Positions 40,780-49,271 of a stretch of 64,000 nucleotides of DNA are shown piece by piece. Origin of the DNA: a bacterium (GTDB lineage: Bacteria > Cyanobacteriota > Vampirovibrionia > Gastranaerophilales > JBAXKC01); NCBI GenBank assembly GCA_037137535.1, contig JBAXKC010000001.1:64001-128000 (forward strand), in the 5' to 3' direction. A program made the translations under genes and the position numbers. Each line of letters opens with the position of its first letter. The stretch's first letter is position 1. Below the pieces are notes generated by a model that saw only the letters and a program-made list of their open reading frames with translations, was not told the DNA's origin and made no database searches.

Positions 40780-41220
40780 ATGAAAATTCTTATAATTCAT
40801 GGGCCAAACTTAAATCTTCTCGGAAAAAGAGAGCCTGACAAATACGGTAACACTACGTTGGAAGAAATAAATAATAATTTAAAAAATGAAGCCTCCAATC
40901 TTAATGTTGAAGTTAATTTTTTTCAATCAAACATTGAAGGAGAAATAATCACGAAAATTCAACAGACAATGGGAATATATGATGGTCTTGTGATTAACCC
41001 TGCCGCTTATACTCATACAAGCGTTGCTATTAGAGATGCTATCTTAGCTGTTAATATTCCAACGGTAGAAGTTCATCTTTCTAATATCCATCAAAGAGAA
41101 GAATTCAGGCATTTTTCTTACATCGCACCTGTTGCAATAGGACAAATAGCAGGATTTGGAGCAGATAGCTATAAATTAGGACTTTTAGCACTAGTGAACA
41201 AGTTAAAAGATATTTTATAA
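40780..41220 (+). CDS. aroQ: Type II 3-dehydroquinate dehydratase
   Basis: [22 protein letters not shown] and [15 protein letters not shown] motifs. Confidence 0.97.
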   Translation: MKILIIHGPNLNLLGKREPDKYGNTTLEEINNNLKNEASNLNVEVNFFQSNIEGEIITKIQQTMGIYDGLVINPAAYTHTSVAIRDAILAVNIPTVEVHLSNIHQREEFRHFSYIAPVAIGQIAGFGADSYKLGLLALVNKLKDIL

Positions 41221-41234
41221 ACAGGGAAATATAA

Positions 41235-41654
41235 ATGTTAAAAAAACCTTTTATTTTAAGTCTGATGTTATTCGGAATATCGATATTGATAGCTATAATT
41301 TTTTCAATATTTATTACTCTTTTTAAGATAAATATAGGTTCATTTATAATCGCCATAGCTGCTACTAATTTAGCTGCCGCCATTACAGGTACGATATATA
41401 CAGGCAAATATAAAGTGGCACTTAATAAAAATGAAAAAATAAAAATTTCAGGATATTACTTTGCAATTCAAATAATAACGTCTACATGTCTAATTTATTT
41501 ACTAAAGATTAAATCAATAGAACTTATAATGGCTATAACCCTAATTCCATTGTTTCTTCTTACTTTAATAATCTATTTTTCACTTGGGAGGGGCTGTAAA
41601 ACAAAACTAAGAGAACTAGAAAAAAAAGAATTATTAAATAAATCTTCAGTTTAA
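41235..41654 (+). CDS. Four-TM membrane protein
   Basis: Hydrophobic 139-aa ORF following aroQ. Confidence 0.7.
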   Translation: MLKKPFILSLMLFGISILIAIIFSIFITLFKINIGSFIIAIAATNLAAAITGTIYTGKYKVALNKNEKIKISGYYFAIQIITSTCLIYLLKIKSIELIMAITLIPLFLLTLIIYFSLGRGCKTKLRELEKKELLNKSSV

Positions 41655-41685
41655 AAAAATTAAGACCGTTTTAAAATTTTTCGCA

Positions 41686-41760
41686 AAATAAAAGCCACCT
41701 TTTTGGGCGGCTACCAGACTTTGGGGAGGAGGTTGGGGTATGACCATTTGTTTGGTCTAT
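41686..41760 (-). ncRNA. Candidate sigma-28-dependent small RNA with anti-Shine-Dalgarno tract
   Basis: Minus strand: 5' hairpin GACCA-AACAAA-TGGTC, tract ATACCCCAACCTCCTCCCCAAAG, terminator AGCCGCC-CAAAAA-GGTGGCT-TTTATTTT; directly downstream of a consensus sigma-28 promoter. Confidence 0.7.
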
Positions 41761-41767
41761 ATTTTAT

Positions 41768-41794
41768 TTATCGGCAAATTATTTTAAAACTTTA
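41768..41794 (-). promoter_or_regulatory. Sigma-28 (FliA) promoter, perfect consensus
   Basis: Minus strand TAAA-GTTTTAAAATAATTT(15 nt)-GCCGATAA, including the extended TAAAGTTT -35. Confidence 0.85.
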
Positions 41795-41835
41795 GGGTTT
41801 TATTTGAAGCAATTAATATTTCTTAACAAAAGTCA

Positions 41836-41865
41836 AAAACCGTTTGCGACAAAACAAACGGTTTT
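41836..41865 (-). terminator. Intrinsic terminator of the flgE operon
   Basis: AAAACCGTTTG...CAAACGGTTTT inverted repeat 22 nt after the flgE stop. Confidence 0.75.
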
Positions 41866-41887
41866 ATTTTTAAAAATCAACTATTTA

Positions 41888-43261
41888 TTATCTTCCGATG
41901 TTAATGATTGATTGCATTATCTGACTCTGTGTTGAGAAAACTCTACTACTTGCTTCAATTCCTCTTTGAGCCAGCATCATCTCTGAGAATTCAGTAGGTA
42001 AGTCGATATTTGCTGTTTCTAATGCCCCAGAATCCACCATTCCAAGTCCACCTGCTTTACCCACGCCATACATAGTGTTTCCTGAACCTGGTCCAAACTG
42101 AAAAAGGTTACCTGACGTGGACATTAAACCTTTTGGATTTGCAACGTTACAAATCTGCAATTGTAATTCTTGAGGCTTTATAGCAGTAACAGAACCACCA
42201 TTAGCTCCTGTAATATCTGCTCCATTAATCTCAGTACCTGTTACTGTTTTATAAGATAAAGCTCTTACCGGATCTCCTGATACTGTAATTTTAGCACCGT
42301 TAGAATAAACTGCTTCAATTGCTCCATCTTTACCTACGGAAAAAGAGGACATTGAATATGTACTTGGAGAAGAATCACCCGGCTCAATACTTATTTTATT
42401 GGTATTTTTCAATCCTATGCTTGAAGTTGTAGTTACAGGAGTAGAAGCGGCAGGGTCTAAAGTTAAAGAATTAAAACCCATTACACTAAAGAAATTACTG
42501 GAATCTCCCGAGTCGCCGAATGTAACTTTTGCAGTAGCTCCGGGACTAGGCTCATCCGGTGCAATGTCAATACTAAGTTTATTTCCTGTAATAGTAGCGG
42601 TTACACCATCAAGAGCATCTATATCTGCTCTTACACTTTCAATTGTGGAATTTTTATCAATGGTAACTGTCTTAGTAGTTACGCTTGTAGGCGAGCCTAA
42701 TCCATCATCAATTTTAAAACTGAATGTTCCCTCAGAAACTGCAGGAGCTTGTCCGGAACATGCATTGGTGATTTTATCTCCAGCCGCAGCATCAGGCATT
42801 GAAAGTTTTAAAGTCTGAGGAATTCTAATCGGAGCTACACTTCCGGAAGGACTAACTACGTTTGCTGTGCCTAGAACTGATAAACCTTGAGGAGTAACAA
42901 GGTTTCCATCTCCATTAATGGAGAAGTTACCGGCTCTTGTCAAAGAAATAGAACCTAGAGGATCTTTAACCGTAAAAAAGCCATCACCTTGAATGTTAAG
43001 ATCGGTAGTTCTTCCTGTTGTTTGAACTGTTCCATTTGAAAAGTTTCTTGATACCTCAGAAAGTGTCGCACCAAGACCAACCTGCATCGGGTTTGTATTA
43101 CTTGATCCATTAGTAAGAGTTCTTACAAAGATATTTTCAAAGTTTACTTTACTACCTTTAAAACCTACCGTATTCATGTTTGCGATATTATCCGCAATTA
43201 CATCTAATTTTGTCTGTGATGTTTTAAGACCCGTAATTGCTGTAAATAGGGCTTGAGACAT
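41888..43261 (-). CDS. flgE: Flagellar hook protein
   Basis: IADNIANMNTVGFKGS, TGRTTDLNIQGDGFF, TRAGNF, GALETANIDL..EFSEMMLAQRG; follows flgD. Confidence 0.93.
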   Translation of the reverse strand: MSQALFTAITGLKTSQTKLDVIADNIANMNTVGFKGSKVNFENIFVRTLTNGSSNTNPMQVGLGATLSEVSRNFSNGTVQTTGRTTDLNIQGDGFFTVKDPLGSISLTRAGNFSINGDGNLVTPQGLSVLGTANVVSPSGSVAPIRIPQTLKLSMPDAAAGDKITNACSGQAPAVSEGTFSFKIDDGLGSPTSVTTKTVTIDKNSTIESVRADIDALDGVTATITGNKLSIDIAPDEPSPGATAKVTFGDSGDSSNFFSVMGFNSLTLDPAASTPVTTTSSIGLKNTNKISIEPGDSSPSTYSMSSFSVGKDGAIEAVYSNGAKITVSGDPVRALSYKTVTGTEINGADITGANGGSVTAIKPQELQLQICNVANPKGLMSTSGNLFQFGPGSGNTMYGVGKAGGLGMVDSGALETANIDLPTEFSEMMLAQRGIEASSRVFSTQSQIMQSIINIGR

Positions 43262-43287
43262 TATTCAACCTCCTCAATCAATATTAT

Positions 43288-43707
43288 TTATTTTATGCTC
43301 TGTACTAAATTCATCGGATATGCCTTGTTATTAATAAGAAGATTAGCACCCTTGCTATCTATCTGTGCCTCACTGACTACACCCTTAATGGTACTATTTG
43401 GATTATCAGGATCTGTCATTGTAACTTCTTTTCCAATAAGAGCACTTGCTTGCATAATTTGATTAGATGAATTCTGATTTTTATTTAATTTTTGAAGCTC
43501 GCTTATCTGTGTAAATTGAGCGGTTTGTTGAATAAATTGCTCATTTTTTGTTGGCTCCATAGGATCCTGATTTTGCATTTGCTGCATCAATAATTGAAGA
43601 AATGCATCCTGATCCATGTTACTGCTGCCCATTCTGGTTTTTGCTTTCTCCGCATTAACCATTTTAGTATTATTGGTTATATCTGTTAATGTATTTTGTA
43701 CTAACAT
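43288..43707 (-). CDS. flgD: Flagellar hook capping protein
   Basis: DAFLQLLMQQMQNQDPMEP, AQFTQ and QASALIGKEV motifs. Confidence 0.95.
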   Translation of the reverse strand: MLVQNTLTDITNNTKMVNAEKAKTRMGSSNMDQDAFLQLLMQQMQNQDPMEPTKNEQFIQQTAQFTQISELQKLNKNQNSSNQIMQASALIGKEVTMTDPDNPNSTIKGVVSEAQIDSKGANLLINNKAYPMNLVQSIK

Positions 43708-43724
43708 GCTTACCCCTTTTCCTC

Positions 43725-45383
43725 CTAGATAGTGTAATCGACTAATCCCTGATGATTAAGCGTTTGTGGCTGAGCTGACGTATCTGCTTCAATCTCACCT
43801 AAATCTTTCTGATAATTATTCATCAACGTCCCCTCTGAGGTTTCATTGCTATTTTGCGATGATTTGTTTTGATTATTCAAATTAGATTGCTCAAATGCCT
43901 GTGCATTTTCATTAAACTGTTGAGAAGGGTTTTGATTTTGTGGTGATTGTTCGGAAGATTGAACTACTATCTTGCCTACGCTGATTCCTTGCTCTGTTAA
44001 TGTCTGTTTTAAGGATTCTATACCTTTATTTATTATTTCTTTGACATGCTCATTTTCAGTATCTATTTTAGCGGTTAAAACACCATTTTCACTTATTAAC
44101 TTAATATCAACTTTACCTAACTTATCGGGTCTTAATGATATTGTTATTTCTTTGTTATCCTGCTTTAATTCCGCTTTTAGCTTGTCATTAATTTGATTTA
44201 ATATCTCTTTTGCCTGTTCACTTCTTTGAGCTAATGGAGTTTTTTCTATTTTCAGCTGTGCTGCAAAGTCCGATTTAGCTACTCCTTGCATTTCACCTGT
44301 TGCCATTAATTTAAAATCAGGCTGTTTTTGAGCGAAATTATTTGAATTTGTACCATTTTTACCCATACTTGAAGTATCTTTAGAAACCTGTTGAATTTGC
44401 ATTCTTGCCATCATAGTTTTTACATCTTCAGTCTGTTCATTACTTCTAGGAGCTTTAACAGAGACTTCTTGCTTTTTAGTTTCTAATGGTCTTTCAACCT
44501 TTTGAGTCAAGGTATCATTATTCTCTGAAACTTTTACCGTTGCATCTTTATCAATATTAATTTCAGGTTTATTTTTTAATTTTTCAATATTTTTCTTATT
44601 TTCTAAAATATTATGTTTTTCTGATACTTCGGCAAGAACTTTTTTATTATTAGAGATTTGTTCTTTGTTATTAACATTTTCTACTTTAAAGTCAACAACA
44701 TCCTTTTTAGCCTCTGTTGCATTATCTGTATTTTTTGTATGAGTACTAATATGCTTTAATTTTGACTCAAGCTCAGCAACTTTATCCGTTGTCTCCGGCT
44801 TACCTTTAACATCTACCCCTTCAGCTATATTTTTTGACTTAATTTCTGATTTAAACTCTGATTTGGGAACGGTTACGGATTTTAGTTTATTATTTTGTTC
44901 TTTAATCTCAGTTTGTCCCAGTTTTTCAGTTGATATAGGTTGTTTTGTATAAACAACAGGTTGCTCAGGCTTTTCTCCGGTTTTAATCTCTTGTTTAGGA
45001 GCTACATAAGATTGAGTATTAATGTATAGACTTGGATCAATTTCATTTTTATCTTTTTCAGAAGAATTCTTTTTAGTACTTTCTTCCTCTTTATGTTCAT
45101 TTATATATGACTTTTCAGAAGGAGAATAAGAATTTTTTGACACTTCATTCTGTTGATTATAGCTATAATCATTATTTTTAACCTCTGACTGATTAGACTG
45201 TTTTGAATCAGCCATAGACATAGAATTAAATTTACTTTTTTGAAATGTAATAGTTTTAGATGCAAACTCAAATATATTTGCAAACCCCTTAGCATCAGAA
45301 GAATCCATTGCCTTTTTCCCTTGAGAAATAGGAGAAACAGAAGGTTTTACTCTGTCTATCGTTGTTTCATTTAAAACTGTCAT
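43725..45383 (-). CDS. fliK: Flagellar hook-length control protein
   Basis: Long low-complexity N-region plus C-terminal LRPDKLGKVDI...LKQTLTEQGI T3S4 domain; position before flgD. Confidence 0.88.
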   Translation of the reverse strand: MTVLNETTIDRVKPSVSPISQGKKAMDSSDAKGFANIFEFASKTITFQKSKFNSMSMADSKQSNQSEVKNNDYSYNQQNEVSKNSYSPSEKSYINEHKEEESTKKNSSEKDKNEIDPSLYINTQSYVAPKQEIKTGEKPEQPVVYTKQPISTEKLGQTEIKEQNNKLKSVTVPKSEFKSEIKSKNIAEGVDVKGKPETTDKVAELESKLKHISTHTKNTDNATEAKKDVVDFKVENVNNKEQISNNKKVLAEVSEKHNILENKKNIEKLKNKPEINIDKDATVKVSENNDTLTQKVERPLETKKQEVSVKAPRSNEQTEDVKTMMARMQIQQVSKDTSSMGKNGTNSNNFAQKQPDFKLMATGEMQGVAKSDFAAQLKIEKTPLAQRSEQAKEILNQINDKLKAELKQDNKEITISLRPDKLGKVDIKLISENGVLTAKIDTENEHVKEIINKGIESLKQTLTEQGISVGKIVVQSSEQSPQNQNPSQQFNENAQAFEQSNLNNQNKSSQNSNETSEGTLMNNYQKDLGEIEADTSAQPQTLNHQGLVDYTI

Positions 45384-45398
45384 CCTCGTCCCCTTACT

Positions 45399-45854
45399 TT
45401 ATATACTCTGATTTCTTATGTATCTTGATGTCGCAATATCATCAATTTCAGCCATTGTATGTTTTTCTATCTTTTCATTAAATTCTTTTAAACCTTTCTC
45501 TTTAAGTTTTTCAAGAATTTTCTTTGCTTTCATTGCTTCGAGCATTATGTTCTTTTTTTCTTCCAGTTCAAACTCAACGTCAGCTATTACTTTATGTTGA
45601 TGTCCGATATCAGATTCAAGTTTTACTATATAACCCCTATAGTTATTAATAGTAAAAGGATCAATTGATAATGAAGAAGAAAGTACCGACTTTAAGCCCA
45701 CATTTGTTTGCTTTAACTTATCATAGAGCTCTTCTAACTTTTTATTTTCCAATTGCAACTTATATTGCACTCTGGAAAACTCAAGCTGAGCATTTTCAAG
45801 CTGATTTGTTCTAGTATCAAGTAAACTTTGAAGCCGAAACTTATAGCCTTTCAA
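45399..45854 (-). CDS. fliJ: Flagellar export protein FliJ
   Basis: YKFRLQSLLD start, coiled coil, KILEKLKEK...EIDDIA end. Confidence 0.88.
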   Translation of the reverse strand: MKGYKFRLQSLLDTRTNQLENAQLEFSRVQYKLQLENKKLEELYDKLKQTNVGLKSVLSSSLSIDPFTINNYRGYIVKLESDIGHQHKVIADVEFELEEKKNIMLEAMKAKKILEKLKEKGLKEFNEKIEKHTMAEIDDIATSRYIRNQSI

Positions 45855-46097
45855 CCCGAACCCCTACTGATAATAAGTTGTTATACCCCGTCATATAAGA
45901 AGATTACCTCATGAAAAAAACCTTTACATCCTCCAAAAAAAGTATAAGAACCCCAATACTTTAGTAGGATAAGGATTAACGATGAATATATAGACCATCT
46001 GGTCTATATCCAAAGACAGATGGAGAAACATGATTGTATTATTAAAATAATATATATAATGTTTCATTAAAGTTGTTTTAGAAAAGAGGAATATCTT

Positions 46098-46229
46098 ATG
46101 ACACATGATGAAAAGTTAAATAAATATTACGCTTATGCTGCTAAAAAACTTCTTAAAGAAAAAAAATTAGACCTTTTTAAATGGGTAACATCAATGAATA
46201 AAAAACCAGAACAAGACTTTTTGTTTTAA
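46098..46229 (+). CDS. 43-aa microprotein, paralog A
   Basis: MTHDEKLNKYYAYAAKKLLKEKKLDLFKWVTSMNKKPEQDFLF*; SD GAGGA; homologous to 46335-46484. Confidence 0.7.
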   Translation: MTHDEKLNKYYAYAAKKLLKEKKLDLFKWVTSMNKKPEQDFLF

Positions 46230-46334
46230 TCTAAAATTTTACAAACGCAATTTTTTATATACTTTGTTTTATAACTAATATATTGTGGAATACATATAAT
46301 CCATTTAAAAGTATTTTGATAAAGGTAAAAAATT

Positions 46335-46484
46335 ATGGCAAATAGTGAAAAACTAAATAAATATTATGAAAATGCAGCGAAGCAAATACTAAGAGAAAAA
46401 GGACAAAATTTCTATAAATGGCTAAAACTTGTATCACTTCAAAAAGATAAGCAAGATGTGCTAGATATAATCGAAGATCAATAA
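46335..46484 (+). CDS. 49-aa microprotein, paralog B
   Basis: MANSEKLNKYYENAAKQILREKGQNFYKWLKLVSLQKDKQDVLDIIEDQ*; SD AAAGGT; followed by a terminator. Confidence 0.7.
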   Translation: MANSEKLNKYYENAAKQILREKGQNFYKWLKLVSLQKDKQDVLDIIEDQ

Positions 46485-46487
46485 ACA

Positions 46488-46521
46488 AAAAAGGATTGTT
46501 TAATTAAAAACAATCCTTTTT
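46488..46521. terminator. Bidirectional terminator
   Basis: AAAAAGGATTGTTT...AAACAATCCTTTTT. Confidence 0.75.
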
Positions 46522-46539
46522 CATTATAAATAGAAATAA

Positions 46540-48276
46540 CTATTTTGTAGTTTTGACAACTTCATTATTATCAGAATTAAATTCTGTTTTAGCAGACTGC
46601 TGAATTTTTTCTATTTCTTTTTTAAGCGTTGGTAATTCTTTATCCTTGCCTGTTTTTTTATACCAATCATCTAACAATTTTTTATATTCTTCACCTGAGA
46701 AATTATTTCCGCCTTTTCCTGCAACTTCTTTATATAATCCAACATATTCTTCGATAAATTCTCTATGGAAATCAATAATTTTCTTGGCAATAAGACTTGC
46801 CGAATCAGATATTTGCTTAATATCTTTAGAAACTTCCTGAGTTACAGCTGATTTTGCATAATCATTAGCTTTAGCACAAACTTGTTTTGTATTAGGCCCT
46901 AATCCTAAAGCAGTAACACCATCTGTAATTATCTCTGTGGCAACTTTAAGATCTTCAGAAACTCCATCAAGGTTTGTACCGCCTAATCTGGCTCTTTCAA
47001 TATTATAACTTCCATAACAGACAGCCGCTTCTGCCAGCATTGAATTAAAGGACATATGAGGGTTTTCCCCTTCATCTGTAAATACTGCACCAAGGAATTT
47101 ATCCCTTTCATCAAGACTTATAATTGAGTTTTGATGAGGCTTTTCCCATGGATTTTTAGCAAAATCGGATAATACTTGTCCGACAAGAGCATGTCCGCAT
47201 TCATGAGCAACTGTATTTTCCTTATCCCACTTTGGAAGATCTGAGAAAACTTTAGGACCTGCCAATAATTCTATTTTAGATTCAAAAATATCATTAGTTG
47301 TAATATATTTAGGCTCATCCCTTAAAGCAGCAAAATTTGCAGCTCTATTCATTACTTCAGCAAGCTGAGCACCTGAAAGTCCTCTAGTTATTTTTGCTCC
47401 CTCTTCAAGAACTTTCTTTTTATCTTCTTCCGATTTGAATTTCTTATCTAAAGAATGAATAGCCAGAATTTCAGTTCTTGCCTGTTTATTTCTTGAAGGA
47501 TTAGGAATTTTCAAAGTATAATCAAATCTTCCCGGTCTTATAGCGGCGGCATCAAGATCTTCAAGTCTATTTGTAGCCGCAAGGAAAATAATTCCTTTAT
47601 TATCAGTCGTTCCATCCATTTCTCTTAAAAACTGATTAAGAACCTTTCTGTCTTCGTTATGCTCATTGTCTTTACCTCTTGCCCCTGCTAATGAATCAAA
47701 TTCATCAATCAAAACAATAACTTTATGTGCAGGTGTATCAGTGACAACTTCTCTTGCTTTTACAAATAAAGCCTTAACTGCCTTAGGTCCATCGCCTAAA
47801 TATTTTTGAGCAAAATCACTTCCTGAAACTGAAATCAGAGGTAGTTCCGCTTCTCCTGCTATTGCTTTAGCTAAAAGAGTTTTACCGGTTCCGGGCGGGC
47901 CATATAATAAAATCCCTTTAGGTATTTTAGCTCCTTGCTCTGCAAATTTTTCAGGATGCTTCATATATTCTATAACTCGGTTTTTGATGATATCTTTAAT
48001 TTCACTAATACCCCCAACATCTTTAAGTTTTACGCCTGTATAATGAATCACGTTAAATTCAGGGAGTTCACTATCACTTCCAAATGCGCTAAAACCTTTA
48101 AATGGCAAAAAATTAGCTTTTAAGTGATTTGCATTATAATTAGACAACAAAGCGTTATGGGATAATGCTAATCCATTTGTTTTTAACTGACTTTTCTGTT
48201 GAGTTTGTTTCTTTTGCAACTCAATACTGTTCAATCCTTCATTCAAAAATAAAGGATTCAGTTTAACTGAAACCAT
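46540..48276 (-). CDS. FtsH-like AAA+ ATPase/M41 metalloprotease lacking membrane anchors
   Basis: PKGILLYGPPGTGKT, LIDEFD, AATNR..LD.A.IRPGRFD and HECGH motifs; no hydrophobic N-terminal helices. Confidence 0.88.
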   Translation of the reverse strand: MVSVKLNPLFLNEGLNSIELQKKQTQQKSQLKTNGLALSHNALLSNYNANHLKANFLPFKGFSAFGSDSELPEFNVIHYTGVKLKDVGGISEIKDIIKNRVIEYMKHPEKFAEQGAKIPKGILLYGPPGTGKTLLAKAIAGEAELPLISVSGSDFAQKYLGDGPKAVKALFVKAREVVTDTPAHKVIVLIDEFDSLAGARGKDNEHNEDRKVLNQFLREMDGTTDNKGIIFLAATNRLEDLDAAAIRPGRFDYTLKIPNPSRNKQARTEILAIHSLDKKFKSEEDKKKVLEEGAKITRGLSGAQLAEVMNRAANFAALRDEPKYITTNDIFESKIELLAGPKVFSDLPKWDKENTVAHECGHALVGQVLSDFAKNPWEKPHQNSIISLDERDKFLGAVFTDEGENPHMSFNSMLAEAAVCYGSYNIERARLGGTNLDGVSEDLKVATEIITDGVTALGLGPNTKQVCAKANDYAKSAVTQEVSKDIKQISDSASLIAKKIIDFHREFIEEYVGLYKEVAGKGGNNFSGEEYKKLLDDWYKKTGKDKELPTLKKEIEKIQQSAKTEFNSDNNEVVKTTK

Positions 48277-48580
48277 TCTGATCTCTCCTTCTACCTTCGC
48301 CTCTTTTAGTGTTTAACGTACACTTATATTTACTGTTTTAAATTATATATCAAATTTTAAAATCATACCCAATTCTTTATTAAATTATTATATCTTTATA
48401 AATCCTTTCAGGGCGAATTCAGGCAGGCAGCAGAGACCCACATGTAAAACATGCATTTAAAATATTTATTAAATATATACAAAATACGCAATTTTCAAGA
48501 TCAGTTTGTTTTTATATAAATACAGAGGGAAATAAAAAAGAGAATTTAAAATAAAGCGAGTTTTTTGGGGAGGCAGGTTT

Positions 48581-49150
48581 ATGGGTTTTGACGATATTTC
48601 ATTAGCAAAAATTAAATTTCATTCTTATACTTCAACAACTTCAAATGGAAATGTACAATCAGCAAATCCTTTTAATCAAAGTATTTTTTCAAATTCTACT
48701 TCAGTAAATACAAAGACTCCAAATTCTAGTCTTTCTTATAATAATTCACAGTTCGGAGTGACAACGCCAAACTCCTCTGTTTTTAACAGTTCAACAAGTT
48801 TAAATTATTCAACAACTAATGCAAACAATAACGATAGCTCAATATTTGCAAAGAAGCATCACCATGCACACCACCATCAACATAAAAACAAGGTAGATAC
48901 AGCGAGTAATCCTCAACTTGATGCGATACTTGCCAATGTTGACAATTATATTGCACAATTAGAACAACAAAGTCAGACACAAGAATCCAATAATCCTGAC
49001 AATCAAAATACTGATAATAATGGAGACGATGACAACTTCTTTAAAAAATTAACAAAAACTGCTATTCCAATAGCAATGAGCTTCACAGGTGCAGGCGGCA
49101 ATCCGATTACTGATGCAATAGGTGGTATTGGCGGACTATTTGGTCTTTAA
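48581..49150 (+). CDS. Low-complexity Ser/Asn/His-rich hypothetical protein
   Basis: 189-aa ORF with strong SD (GGAGG); His cluster; Gly-rich C-terminus. Confidence 0.7.
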   Translation: MGFDDISLAKIKFHSYTSTTSNGNVQSANPFNQSIFSNSTSVNTKTPNSSLSYNNSQFGVTTPNSSVFNSSTSLNYSTTNANNNDSSIFAKKHHHAHHHQHKNKVDTASNPQLDAILANVDNYIAQLEQQSQTQESNNPDNQNTDNNGDDDNFFKKLTKTAIPIAMSFTGAGGNPITDAIGGIGGLFGL

Positions 49151-49271
49151 TCAATAAAAAACTTACTCAAAACTCCCAATAAAACTCATTTTAAAGGACT
49201 TCGGTCCTTTTTTTATTTTAAAAGACCGAAAGCTAAACCTTCGGTCTTTTAAAATTATTACAATCCTCTGT

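Noticed and set aside
41701-41770. GGGGAGGAGG read as a strong RBS for a plus-strand peptide at ATG 41740
   Set aside because: The frame is short and unremarkable, and the promoter consensus and terminator polarity fit a minus-strand RNA better. Not fully excluded.
45924-46106. 60-aa minus-strand ORF upstream of fliJ
   Set aside because: No clear RBS, overlaps the start of microprotein A, and the region looks regulatory.
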